Origin: Candidatus Uhrbacteria bacterium
GTDB lineage: Bacteria > Patescibacteriota > Patescibacteriia > UBA9934 > GWF2-40-263
Direction: 5' to 3'
Length of the DNA: 64,000 nt
NCBI GenBank assembly: GCA_016188425.1
Contig: JACPHX010000016.1
Coordinates: forward strand, 22,161 to 86,160
Shown here: positions 18,501-28,700 of the stretch, piece after piece
Numbering within the stretch: position 1 is the first letter of the stretch
How the letters are laid out: each line of letters starts with the position of its first letter
Program-made: the position numbers and the translations under genes
Notes under the pieces: model-generated
Told to the model about the DNA's origin: nothing
Database searches by the model: none
What the model saw: the letters and a program-made list of their open reading frames with translations, nothing else

Positions 18501-19704
18501 AATCCGGAGTCTGAAACACCAAATCGGTCGATTCGTTGGTATTTCCATCCTGGTCCGTCACGGCAATTTTTGCGCGATACGCGGTTTGGGGGGAAAGCCC
18601 GCTCAACGTAACCGCATGCGAGAGCGCGGGTGTGGAACTCAAAACGGGGCCTAACCCGTACAAGGGAGTAAGCCCATACACCACCGAACCTGTCGTGGGC
18701 CGGTTGGTATCCCACACGACCGTTGCTTCCGTGCAGGAGAGCAAATTGACATGGGGAGCAAGAATAAGCGGATCGGTTGTGTAGGGGGTATGGAACGTGA
18801 GGGTGAGAGCGGCAAAATTGTTACAAAAATCTTCCGAAGTGATCCGCGCCTCATAATCCATTCCAGGGGTGAGCCCGGTAAGGTTGTAGGAATGAGCTAT
18901 CACCAACGATCCGCTGAAAAGCGTCCCGTCATAGGGCGGAGTCGGTGCAACCCCCCAAGAAACCTGGTCGTTGGCATTCTCGTTGGTGGACCACGAGACG
19001 ACAGCAGACGTTGGGGTGATCCCTGAAATACTCGGGTTGATAAACAAAGGCGCGACCGTATCGCTGCATCCGCCTCCTCCGCCCGGGGGAGGCGCCGCTC
19101 CTACCGAGGCCGTAATCTCCACTTCATCATCCGACACGATAGAGATGGCCGCTTGGTTGGCATCCCCAAACCCGCCCGTCACCGCGACCTCAAAATTCCC
19201 CTCGACCGCAGGATTGACGATCTGATTCACCCCTGCCCCGCCGAAACCGCTGATCGTACCAACCTCGATTTGCACGCAGCGTCCTCCCGGTATTTCTCCG
19301 GCCGCCGCGTCCGTGGGAGGGGTAAAGGCAATCTCCTGCCCCGCAATCCCCACGCCCCAAATACCAGCCGCTGCCGCAACCGCCAGCGTTTCATCCGTAA
19401 ACGGGCCATCGCAAGCCCCGTCGTCATCCACGGCAAAATCAAAATCCAATGGGCTTGAAAGCGCGGTTAAGTCCCATCCTGCCTCATACACCAACTTCAC
19501 GGTATCGGTGGAACTGTCGACCCCCGTAGGCGTCACGAAACGAACGACGTGATTGGTCACTTCTCCTGTCGATTGCGCACTCGGAGTCACGGAATAACTG
19601 GTCAAGATCGCGGCAAAGGCAACGGAGACAAATTGGAACAATAAGGCGGTGGAAACACCGAGAAAACTCACCCAAACTGCTTTTCGTAGCATCGCGATAG
19701 TCAC
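15556..19704 (-). CDS. Giant surface protein, 1382 aa: signal/anchor, FN3-like domains, three tandem Cys-rich CGDFVCGxGEDxxNCxxDCP repeats, then multi-TM region with two carboxypeptidase-regulatory-like beta-sandwich domains
   Basis: Hydrophobic N-terminus. FN3-like segments (VVSWSTNENANDQVSWGV...YEARITSED). The Cys-rich repeats lie at about nt 17200-17650. C-terminal TM helices are interleaved with GVVYHSG...EYQIEV and GIVYDKST...EYYATFEKEGY modules. The last ~20 codons are contributed by palindromic element family 2. Confidence 0.7.
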   Translation of the reverse strand: MTIAMLRKAVWVSFLGVSTALLFQFVSVAFAAILTSYSVTPSAQSTGEVTNHVVRFVTPTGVDSSTDTVKLVYEAGWDLTALSSPLDFDFAVDDDGACDGPFTDETLAVAAAAGIWGVGIAGQEIAFTPPTDAAAGEIPGGRCVQIEVGTISGFGGAGVNQIVNPAVEGNFEVAVTGGFGDANQAAISIVSDDEVEITASVGAAPPPGGGGGCSDTVAPLFINPSISGITPTSAVVSWSTNENANDQVSWGVAPTPPYDGTLFSGSLVIAHSYNLTGLTPGMDYEARITSEDFCNNFAALTLTFHTPYTTDPLILAPHVNLLSCTEATVVWDTNRPTTGSVVYGLTPLYGLGPVLSSTPALSHAVTLSGLSPQTAYRAKIAVTDQDGNTNESTDLVFQTPDCSAVVSLVLDVTPGLYLNNLAWYSPSGFPYVDTVIVYRLDRYPVSIADGTFLYDGPGSSLMHPGIVSGQEYFYAAFASDSNGSFAPIALDSGIPFGLPPITPITVTVTPGFCQNSLTWTLPPPLVGARVVYRTDTYPADENDGTVLYDGASTTFVHSSAVSGTTYYYGVFGYDSVNQFYTGAFTNATPVCPSGVPVLISNPRCEDVSYNSLTWAWETNIPADGDVLYGADPNNKNVHLVNNAYVISHSFPVTGLQQDTTYTARYLSQSGALSDQTGDIACKTLLQTNGFCGDFICGLNEDLANCIIDCPASCTGPGCTPVCGDFVCGIGEDLANCIIDCPAPCTGPNCVACVGPGCSACTGPGCAPVCGDLVCGIGEDPASCVRDCPLPCVGSACPICVGPGCTIACGNGFCGKGESILTCPVDCTAFPLRPGELSGEENHFLVQSETIELPLQEIRFRAVVDTDVQVRLIPDEGTKAIEKIDAYFSTSSSSLVTDDRGWVGTLRVPAVVSNYALLLLVTYQDRTQQSFSYVLEAQPRGRLVWRNQDGIIQPLSGASARLYVREFGLDRPMNIAAFFQQNPLETPVDGSFYWYVPAGRYSVEGVKDLLGSGWSPVEDDGDRIINPQIMIPGPELSLWALLSGIADGFSFMFVPLSAISIGFLLLQFQLWPFLQLLFTQPLRLFFKRKRKGYGVVYHSGIKLPVELAVVRLLRLPDAKVVRTRVTGKDGMYEFLADPGEYQIEVTKPEFSFPSEWLKKVRTDGEYLDVYHGEVIRVTDKNAVISANIPLDPILEKGEKEALRIRWKRRLRRLESALSWASVVLALVVLILHPSAFTIGVFILQVVLLVLVFVLVRPRKPKSWGIVYDKSTKKPLRDAVIRVFEPLYNKLIDSRLTDRNGRYHFLLGPNEYYATFEKEGYQTTEVRPIDYRSIKQPELLSMRVDMSPLPSGTAQHKPSPSLSPAEPDPAPPDTLPPHASSLKT
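15585..15635. repeat. Palindromic element family 2, copy B, embedded in the 3' end of the giant gene CDS (encodes ...SPAEPDPAPPDTLPP...)
   Basis: 36-bp core identical to 8173-8208. It lies just inside the stop codon (15556) of the 1382-aa ORF. Confidence 0.8.
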
Positions 19705-19752
19705 AAAAAGTCGATAGGAATTACGGGGCTTGGGATAGCTAGGGAAGAAATA

Positions 19753-22700
19753 CTAAGGGGTAACGGGGACAGAGGCGGGATCAATGACCGCCTCTGGTGG
19801 AACGACTGGTTCTTCGGCAACGGGAGGGTCTTCAACAAGAGGCGGTTCTTCCGTTACGGTAGGTTCCTCAACCGCGGGGGGTTCCTCGACGACAGGGGGA
19901 TCGATCGGGTCGGCGGGGGGGTCGGATGGAGGAACAATCGGATCTGTCACAGGATCGGTCGGCGGCATTACCCCTTCGATGGGAGGAGGTTCAACGGCTT
20001 CTTCGACAACATCTTCATGGTCCTTGCGGACGGCCGTGACATGCCAATCGACGACGATGCCGGAATCCATGCCATCAAGCTGGCGCACGGTGAAACCGTT
20101 GTTATCCTTCTGTGAAACATAGACGTACGCGGGGCCGTTGGCAGTCGTTACGACGGAGATAGGTGAGCTTGTCGAGGTAATGTCGTTAAAGGAAGCGTCG
20201 ACATCTTCGAAGGATACAGTCGCTTCTCCTTGTGAGAGGGTCGCGCTTCCCGAAAGGAACACCGAGTGGTCGGTCGTAAGCATGGCATGAGCGGAAACGT
20301 TTTCGTTCTGATAGGAACGAATCACGACATTGTAGGAAGCGACCGTGGCGAAAAGACCCGCCTCGTCCACGGACCAGGTGTTCCCCATGCCGACCAGCTT
20401 GCCGACATCCAACAGATGATTGCCATGGAGGTACACGGAGCCGTACATATCGAGCGAAGAGAGCTGGGCGTTTGAAGAAATGCCACTGGCGACATTGTCT
20501 ATCGGAGCTACGGCCGCTCCCCCTGTGTGCGAAAGGTTGATGAAGGTAATGATCAAATTATCAGGCGACGAGGCCGTGTATGGTTCCATCGCGTAGCCAA
20601 TAACGGGCCCATCCTCGGTTGCCTTCATAGCCACCCCCGGGACAGACGAGGTCGTCAGCGAATCGCCGATCTCAATCGCGCCGTTCTCATCGGTCACCTT
20701 TGTGGGCACGCGGCCAGCAAGGGCGATGGGGAAATCGCCCGCCCGATTGTCACCCGCCAAGAACCCGGGTTTTGTTGAAACGACACCTGCAACGAGGCCG
20801 TCGTAAGTCTTTCCGGTAGATCGCGAGACATGTTCCGTGTCGCTCACCGAGAAAATTACGACATCGCCCGCCTCAAGCTGATCTTTTGAAGGGAACATCT
20901 CTGCAAAATCGTAGGAGCCAGTCCCCCACCCAGAGGCATTGGTGCGCATAAGGTCGCCGCCAGGGCCGGCAGAACCATCGTAATAGATGTATTTATTCGT
21001 CTGCTTCGTTCCGCGGTCGGATGGGTACAAGTTGCCGCCGATCCACAAATCGCCGGCGAGGCTCATCGCGCCGTCTTGGGTAAGGTAAGCGATTTCTTGA
21101 TCAAGACTATCTTTGTAGGAAAGACGGTATTCATTTTTGTCGGTCACTTCCAAGGCAATGCTTATGGCACGATCGACGGCCACGGAGGAGCTACTATCCC
21201 AGGCACTGCCGCGGAAGGCGAGCGCGTGTGATCCTTGGGCTTGATCGACGGCGGTTGCAGCGATGACGCGGTTGATCGCCAGAGCTTGCTCCACCGTGGC
21301 GACAGAGCCATCGTTAGCGATAACGGCGCCGCTGTGCCACGAAGGCTGCACGTACACGCGAATCGTTCCGACCCCAGGCCCAGTCCATGAATCGAGCGCC
21401 ATACCGACCACCATTCCGGGAAGCGTGGATTTCATGCCCGCGCCGGCGGTTGAGGAAGAGGTGATGGGGTCGCCTGGACGAATCGCTCCGTTTTCGTCGC
21501 TGACTTTCAGAGGAACGCGGCCGGCGGTCGCAATGGCTTTCGGATACGTGGCTGCGTCGATAACGCCGCGGCCGTAGCTTTGCGCCGGCGAGGTGGAGAC
21601 GATACCGACGATGCGTGATTCGTAAGGGGTCGAGGATTTATCGAGAACCGTCAGGTCGCTGACTATTTTGCCTCCCGTGAGGATACCGGTGAGCGGCTCC
21701 ACTTCATCGGCTTCGTAGGTGATCGTCGAGTCGGTGGCAACGACCAAGTCTCCCGCGGTTTCATCACCGGTTGTTTCATACCATTCCGCGATGTCATCCG
21801 GGGCGGCGGAACAGACGACGAGTTCACGATCCGTGGCCGTGGTATCCGAATCCGCCCCGCTGTGGCAGACGCCGTTGGTGGTGGCGGCCCCGTTAAAATC
21901 AGTCTTGATGACTCCGTTCACGTCCAAGATCGTGGCGCCGATGGCGATGGTGCCGTCGGTACCGTCGTTGTCGATGGTTTCGCCTTGCTGAAGGGTGATG
22001 TCGGTGGTCATGTTGGCGCCGGCGCCGTTGGAAAAGACGAGGCCGTTGGTAATGGTTCCCGATGTACTATTCACGACAATGCCGTTTGTGATACCCATAT
22101 CCCCCGTCGAATCGATCCGTAGCCCAATGTCGACCGTAATATCAGACAAGTCATTCACATCTGCGTTATCAATATACAGCAGTTGTGAAACATTCGTATC
22201 ACTTACCCCCGCATCGCTGATGTTTTGATTGCGGATTCTAAAGACTTCTTCCGTTACGTTAACCCCACCGCCAACCGGCGCGGTCCAAAGAGTTTCAAAG
22301 GCAGATATAGTACCACCCGTCACCGAGCCAGAAAGTGTGCTTCTGACATCGATTGTGTTTGAAGTCCACGTAGAAGATTCGGAAGTTGAGTAATGTGCCG
22401 TGAGATCAAGAACTTTTCCGATAGAAAAAGAGTCGCCACTTGTGACGTTATCAAAGTTGAAAATGGATCCTGATGATATGGCGGAGGTGACAACGTCGAT
22501 GACGCTACCTGTTGTGGCATTTGACGTAAATGTGAAGGCACCATCTGCAACACCGTTGCTGATGGTTTCCCCATTTTGCAGACGAATGTCTGTGCCAATG
22601 GATAGGCTTGAAAAATTAAGACCAATTGTCTGCGCACCGCTTATATTGATACCGGTCGTGACCCCCGTCCCGATTTCAATACCATCTGAAATCGTGCCTA

Positions 22701-25700
22701 CTGTTCCGCTCACATACAGACCGTTTGTAATACCCATCCCCCCCGTCGAGTCGATCGTTATACCATTGTCAACAATAATATCTGATAAATCATCGACATC
22801 TGCGTTATCAATGTAAAGTAATTGTGAAACATTGTTATCACTCACTCCCGCATCGCTGATATTTTGATTGCGGATTCTGAAAACTTCCTCCGTGACGTTT
22901 ACCCCACCTCCAACCGGCGCGGTCCAAAGGGTTTCAAAGGCGGAAATGGTGCCACCCGTAACAGAACCAGAAAGCGCACTCCTTACATCTATCGTGTTTG
23001 ATGTCCAAGAGGATGATTCTGAAGTACTGTGTTCTGCCGTTATATCAAGAACTTTTCCTATAGACAATGCATCCGCGTTCGTTACGTTGTCATAGAGAAA
23101 GACAGAGCCGACATCAATATTGGTAGATAGGATTTCCAAGATATTTTGATCTCCGTTGGTAGAGGTAGAAGAGAATCGGAATGTCCCATTTATATCATTT
23201 GAAAGCGTTTCCCCATTCTGAAAACTGATATCGGTTCCAATGCCTGTATTTGAGAGATGAATCCCTGTGGTGGCCGCACCAGCGATTTCAATGGCGTCTG
23301 TAAGGCTGCCAGAAGAAGTGGAAATACGGATGGCGTCCGAAACAGCTGCTCCGTTTGTATCGATATGGAGTTGACCGGTTGGAGCGACGATACCAATCCC
23401 CACATTCCCTCCATCCAGCACAGTAAATACTTGCGACGTATTGTCGTAGAGGTTGAAAATATCGAAGGTATTGGTGCCATTGCTGACCGTGAGCGCTCCG
23501 TCTGGGGCAACAAATGAACCTGATTGGTTTCCAATACCAAGGCGAGATTCGTCGTCCAGGCGCATGCCGGGAGAGAAAGTGCCGTCGTCCATGACCCTGA
23601 AGTCGAGGGCTGCGTCTTCAGATCCATTAGTGGGATCAGTATTGTTTCCTTCAATGCTAGCAAAAGTTGTTTGCGTATTCGTATCGTCTTTCGTATCAAA
23701 ATTGAGAACAATATCTTCTGTGCCGGCAGCTGCGCCTCCAAAATTGTCGGAGTTATATAGGGTGAACAACGCGTTTCCATTGGATGCTTCTTCTATCTGC
23801 ATCGCGCCATTTGTTATGTTTGTGATCGTTCCGCTATTTTGGAGCCGAATGTCGGTAAGCGTCCCGATTCCAGTGGTATCAATCACCACACCATCGATCG
23901 CTGAAGCAGAATCGGCAATAACCTCAAGGCGGCCAGCAGGAGCGATCGTGCCGATCCCCACATTCCCTCCATCAAGCACGGTGAATACCTGCGAGGTGTT
24001 GTCATAAAGGTTGAAAATATCGAAGGTATTGGTGCCATTGCTGACCGTGAGCGCTCCGTCTGGGGCAACAAATGAACCTGATTGGTTTCCAATACCAAGG
24101 CGAGATTCGTCGTCCAGGCGCATGCCGGGAGAGAAAGTGCCATCATCCATGATACTGAAATCGAGGGCTGCGTCTTCGGAGGTATCGGTTGGGTCAATAG
24201 AGTTCGCCTCCATGCGCGCGATCGTTGTCTGTGTTCCAACGGTATCTCTTACGTCAAAATTGATACCAACATCTTCGGTACCTGCCGCAGCTCCACCGAA
24301 TGTATCCGCGTTATAGAAAGTAAAAAATGCATTTCCGTTTATATCTTCAATAAACTGCATGGTTCCATTCCCCAAGGACGGAGTGGAGCTAATTTGTAAA
24401 ATATTGTTTGTGGTGTCGTAAGAGATCGTTCCTTCATCTGTCGTACTAGTTCCTATATGTAATGAACCTGGCTGAACGAATAGATCAGCCCACCGATGAG
24501 TGTCGTCTCCCAGAGTCAGAGAGTTGGAGGTTGGTGGAAGAATTGAGGTATCAACGAGTCCGTTCACACTCACCAAATCCGCCGTTGAAGATCCTAAATC
24601 AATATTATTGTTAAAGAATCCGTTTCCAGAACCATCAATCGTGAAGTAATCCGTCGCTCCCCCGTTATTTTCAACCACGACGAGGTTTGATGTCTGGGTG
24701 GCGTTCGCTTGGATAAGAAGCTGAATTTCATCCGCATTTCCATCGGTTGCCAATTGGGCGGACAAGTTCGTCGCAGACCCAACCGTGACATTATCGGTAG
24801 CGGTCGTAAGGCGCACGAGTGTGCCGTCGTCGGTCCAACCGCCTCCACCGCCGCCACCTGCTGACAAATCGACCCAGGTAGTGCCGCTTCCGGCACTTGT
24901 ATTGACCCAAGTGGTGCCGGCTTGATCTAAATAAAGAGAACCCTCATTGGCGGTCACAATGGTGTTTGGATCTCCGCTTCCAGTAAAAACACCAACCGAC
25001 ACTCCCGCGGTAGTATCTGAGAAACGTAAAAATTCATCTTGATCGGCGGGATTTGAGGATTCAATATCCAACAGCGCGTCGGGCGTGGTGGATCCGATCC
25101 CCACGAAACCAGTATTGGCAAAAGTAGCAAAGGGTGTTCCTGCGTCGGCGATTTTGAAGTCTCCAGTGGTCGTCAAATCAAAGGTGAGCCCAGTTGTGTC
25201 ATCGACCTCCATTGTAAGATTCGTGTTGGTGATGGATTGCGCGTACACCTCGTCGAAATCCGGTGTTGTTCCCGCACCAGCCAGGTCTGTCCAAGTGGTT
25301 CCCGCATCTCCCGCGCTGGAGTTGACCCACGCTTTTCCCGCCTGGTCCAAGTAGAGAGATCCGGACTCGGCCGAATGGGTCGGTGTTCCTGTGCCGGTAT
25401 AGAAATCCACTTCATCGGCATTCGTTTCGTCCGTGAGGCGCATCAAGCTCGTATTCTCTGCATCGGAAATATCAATGTAGGTATCAGGAGTGATCGTGCC
25501 GATACCCAGCCGGCTCGTATCGGTGATGACGACGGGATTCGTGCCGAAATAGCGAAGGACGTCCGCACGCACGCTGGCGGCGGTCGACAAATCATCTACC
25601 GCCAACCCGTAAAAGGTTCCCACGGATCCTGCCCCTGTATCGCTCGTTTCGTTCACACTGAAGGCATAGTAGGTATCGATATTCCCTGCCGCCGTAATAA

Positions 25701-28700
25701 TAGGCGTCGTGCGAACCCCATACCCTTCCGTGATCGAGGCCGCCGATTGGGCGGCAATTTGTACATTGATCCCCAAAGCATCGGCGATATCCGCCGCCGC
25801 GCTGGTCGCTTCGCTGCTGATGACAGATTCAAGACCCGTAAGCGTCAGAACGCCATCCGTATCGCCGGCAGCGGTGATGGCTTGGAAATACCCGGCCATG
25901 GAACTGTTCAAGGCGGCGGAGGCATCATACCGGTTCGAAACGCGCAGTACTTGTGTTGCGTCGGCTGAAAGGTCTTCGGCTAAATGAAAGACGCGCGTGG
26001 AAGAGGCGACTTCTCCCAGATCCCCGCCGATGAACCGGCTCCCCATAATGCCGTGGCCTGTCACAAGAAAATCTCCGGAAAGCGTAAGATTCTCGGTGGG
26101 GGTCGTATCTCCAAACCCGGCGAATCCGCTGCTCTTATCCAGATAGAAATCGTCGACGAAGAAGGCGATGTCTGCATTCCCCGTTGCGTCTGAAGCAAAA
26201 TTGAAAATATCCTGTCCTGCATCGGTATAGGTAAGCAGCCCTTCCGCCGTCGCAGAGGTGCCGATATGGAGCGTCGCGGGGCCCAAATACAAATCCTTCC
26301 AGCGCTGGCCGGCCGAGCCGAGGTCGTAAAAATCATCGGTTTCCGGGATGAAATCGGACGCTATATCCGCGTTAAAATCGACGGTATCGGTGGCGTCCGC
26401 ACCGAAGGTGATATTCCCACTGTCATCAAAAAGCGCAAAGGTCGAACTTGCATCTTGGATCGCTATGTCACCTGTGGTTGTCAGATCAAAGAAAAGACCC
26501 GTGGCAGAATCCACGTCCATCGTCTTGTCTCCATCATTGTCATAAACAGAATCCAACGTATCCGCGCCGCCGGTTGCGGCAAGATCGGTCCAGGTGGTTC
26601 CGCTTCCGGCACTCGTGTTGACCCAGGTCGTTCCGGCCTGATCCAAGTAAAGGGATCCTTCATTGGCCGTCACAGATCCATTAGGATCCCCAGAACCTGT
26701 ATATAAGCTGGCGGAGGTGGCACCAAATGTCAGACGGATGTATTCCGCGTCTGCAACCCCTTGTTCCACATCCAGTCGCGCGTCGGGGGTGGCGGTATTG
26801 ATCCCGACGAAGCCCGCTTGTCCACTCACGACGGATCCGTTCACGGTAAAGGCATCAATGCTTCCCCCAATCGCTGTGATGAAAAAATTATCTGATGCTG
26901 AAGCCAATTCCCATGTCAAATCCCCGGAATCGACCTCGATTAATTCTGTTCCGCCCCCATAGTTGTCGTAGGCGTCATCGAGCGTTGGGCTGCTCCCGCC
27001 GCTAAGGTCTATCCATGTATCAGCCCCATCGGTATTGACCCAAGCCGTCCCTCCCGCCCCATCTTGGTCGAGATAGATCGAACCAATGCCGCCAAACGTG
27101 TTAATCACCAGATTCGGATCCCCAGTTCCTGTATAGATACCGGGAATGAGGCCGGAAGTTTGGTCGTTCAGTGAAATAAACTTGTTGTCCTCTGGTCGAG
27201 AAATGGTGGCAAGCGAGTCGGTATCTGGTGTTGATGTCCCAATCCCGAGCCTTCCGCCTTCATCAACGACAAAGCCGGCGCCCCCGAGGTAGCGTATCGG
27301 GAACGTCTCCGTGGCGCCCGCCCCCGTGAGGTCTTCGATGAGCAGGCCGTTAAACGAGTTCACGACGCCGCTGCTGGCCAAATCCGGCCCGTTCACGACA
27401 AACGCGCCGTACGAATCGATGTCGCCAGAATCGAGGATGATCGGCCTCCCGTGGAAGCTGTATCCGGTGGGAAGACTCGCCGTTCCGTCATTGACGACCT
27501 GCCCGTTCACGCCAACCAGCACCGTTGCCAGATCATATCCAAAGGTATCGATGTTCCCGATCGCATTCCCTTCCGTACCGATAAGAGTTCCCAGTTTCAC
27601 TGCGGCTCCAGACGTATTCTGCGCGGTGGCCTGAAAAACGCCGGCGGTATTCCCGGAAAAACCCACCGAAGTCGCGGTAAAACGGGAGGAAGCGCGAAGA
27701 ACCTCATCGCCATCGGCCGTCATGTCTTCCGCCAGATGCAAGACGCGATCCGTGAAAGAGACCTCCCCCAAATCGCCTCCGTTGAACCGATTTCCCATGA
27801 TGCCGTGGCCTGTCACGAGATAATTTCCAGATACGGTGAGGTTCTCGGTGGGGGTAGTATCCCCCAAGCCGACGAACCCGGCGCTTTTATCAAGATATAT
27901 GTCGTCTGTAAAGAATGCGATGTCTGCATTCCCTGTGGCGTCAGAAGCAAAATTAAAAATATCCTGACCTGCGTCGGTATAAGTGAGCAGCCCTTCCGCG
28001 GTCGCAGACGTGCCTATATGGAGCGAGGCAGGCCCTAAGTATAAATCGCGCCATCGCTGGCCGGCAGAACCAAGATCAAAGGCAATGTCGGTTTCCGGAA
28101 TAAAATCCGAGGAGATATCCGCGTTGAAATCGACCGTATCGGTTGCGTCCGCACCGAAGGTGATATTCCCATTATTGGCAAATCTGGCAAATGTGCTCCC
28201 TGCATCCTGAATGACAAAATCTCCGGTCGCAGCCGTGATATTGAAGGTAAGGCCTGCTCCTCCTGCGTCATCGATCTCCATGATGAGGTTCCCATCCGCA
28301 ATCGACTCGGCGTAGACCTCATCGAAGTTATCGACTGTGCTTGCACCAGCCAGGTTAGACCACACGCTCCCCGTCGCGCCGACGGACGTGTTTACCCAAG
28401 TGACGCCAGTCTGATCCAGATAGATGGACCCGCGCGCCGCCGTCACTCCGCCATTGGGATCCCCGCTTCCCGTAAGAATTCCCGTGGAAGCGCCATTTCC
28501 TGTATCGGTAAGGTTGATATAAACGTCGTCTTCGCCCGCATTGGCAGATTCGATGTCGATGGCGCCATCAGGCGTGGTCGTATTGATGCCCAAAGAACTG
28601 CGCAGGTAGGTTTGCCCGCCGGAGGTCAGAAAAAATTGAACCGTTTCGTCTCCAGAGACATCCGATGTTACTTCAAACAGCCGATCCGCATCCGCGGTCG

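Noticed and set aside
22100-28500. Possibility that the regularly spaced repeats in the giant genes are a CRISPR array
   Set aside because: The repeats are hundreds of bp long, lie in-frame in a continuous ORF, have no short unique spacers of uniform length, and no cas genes are nearby.
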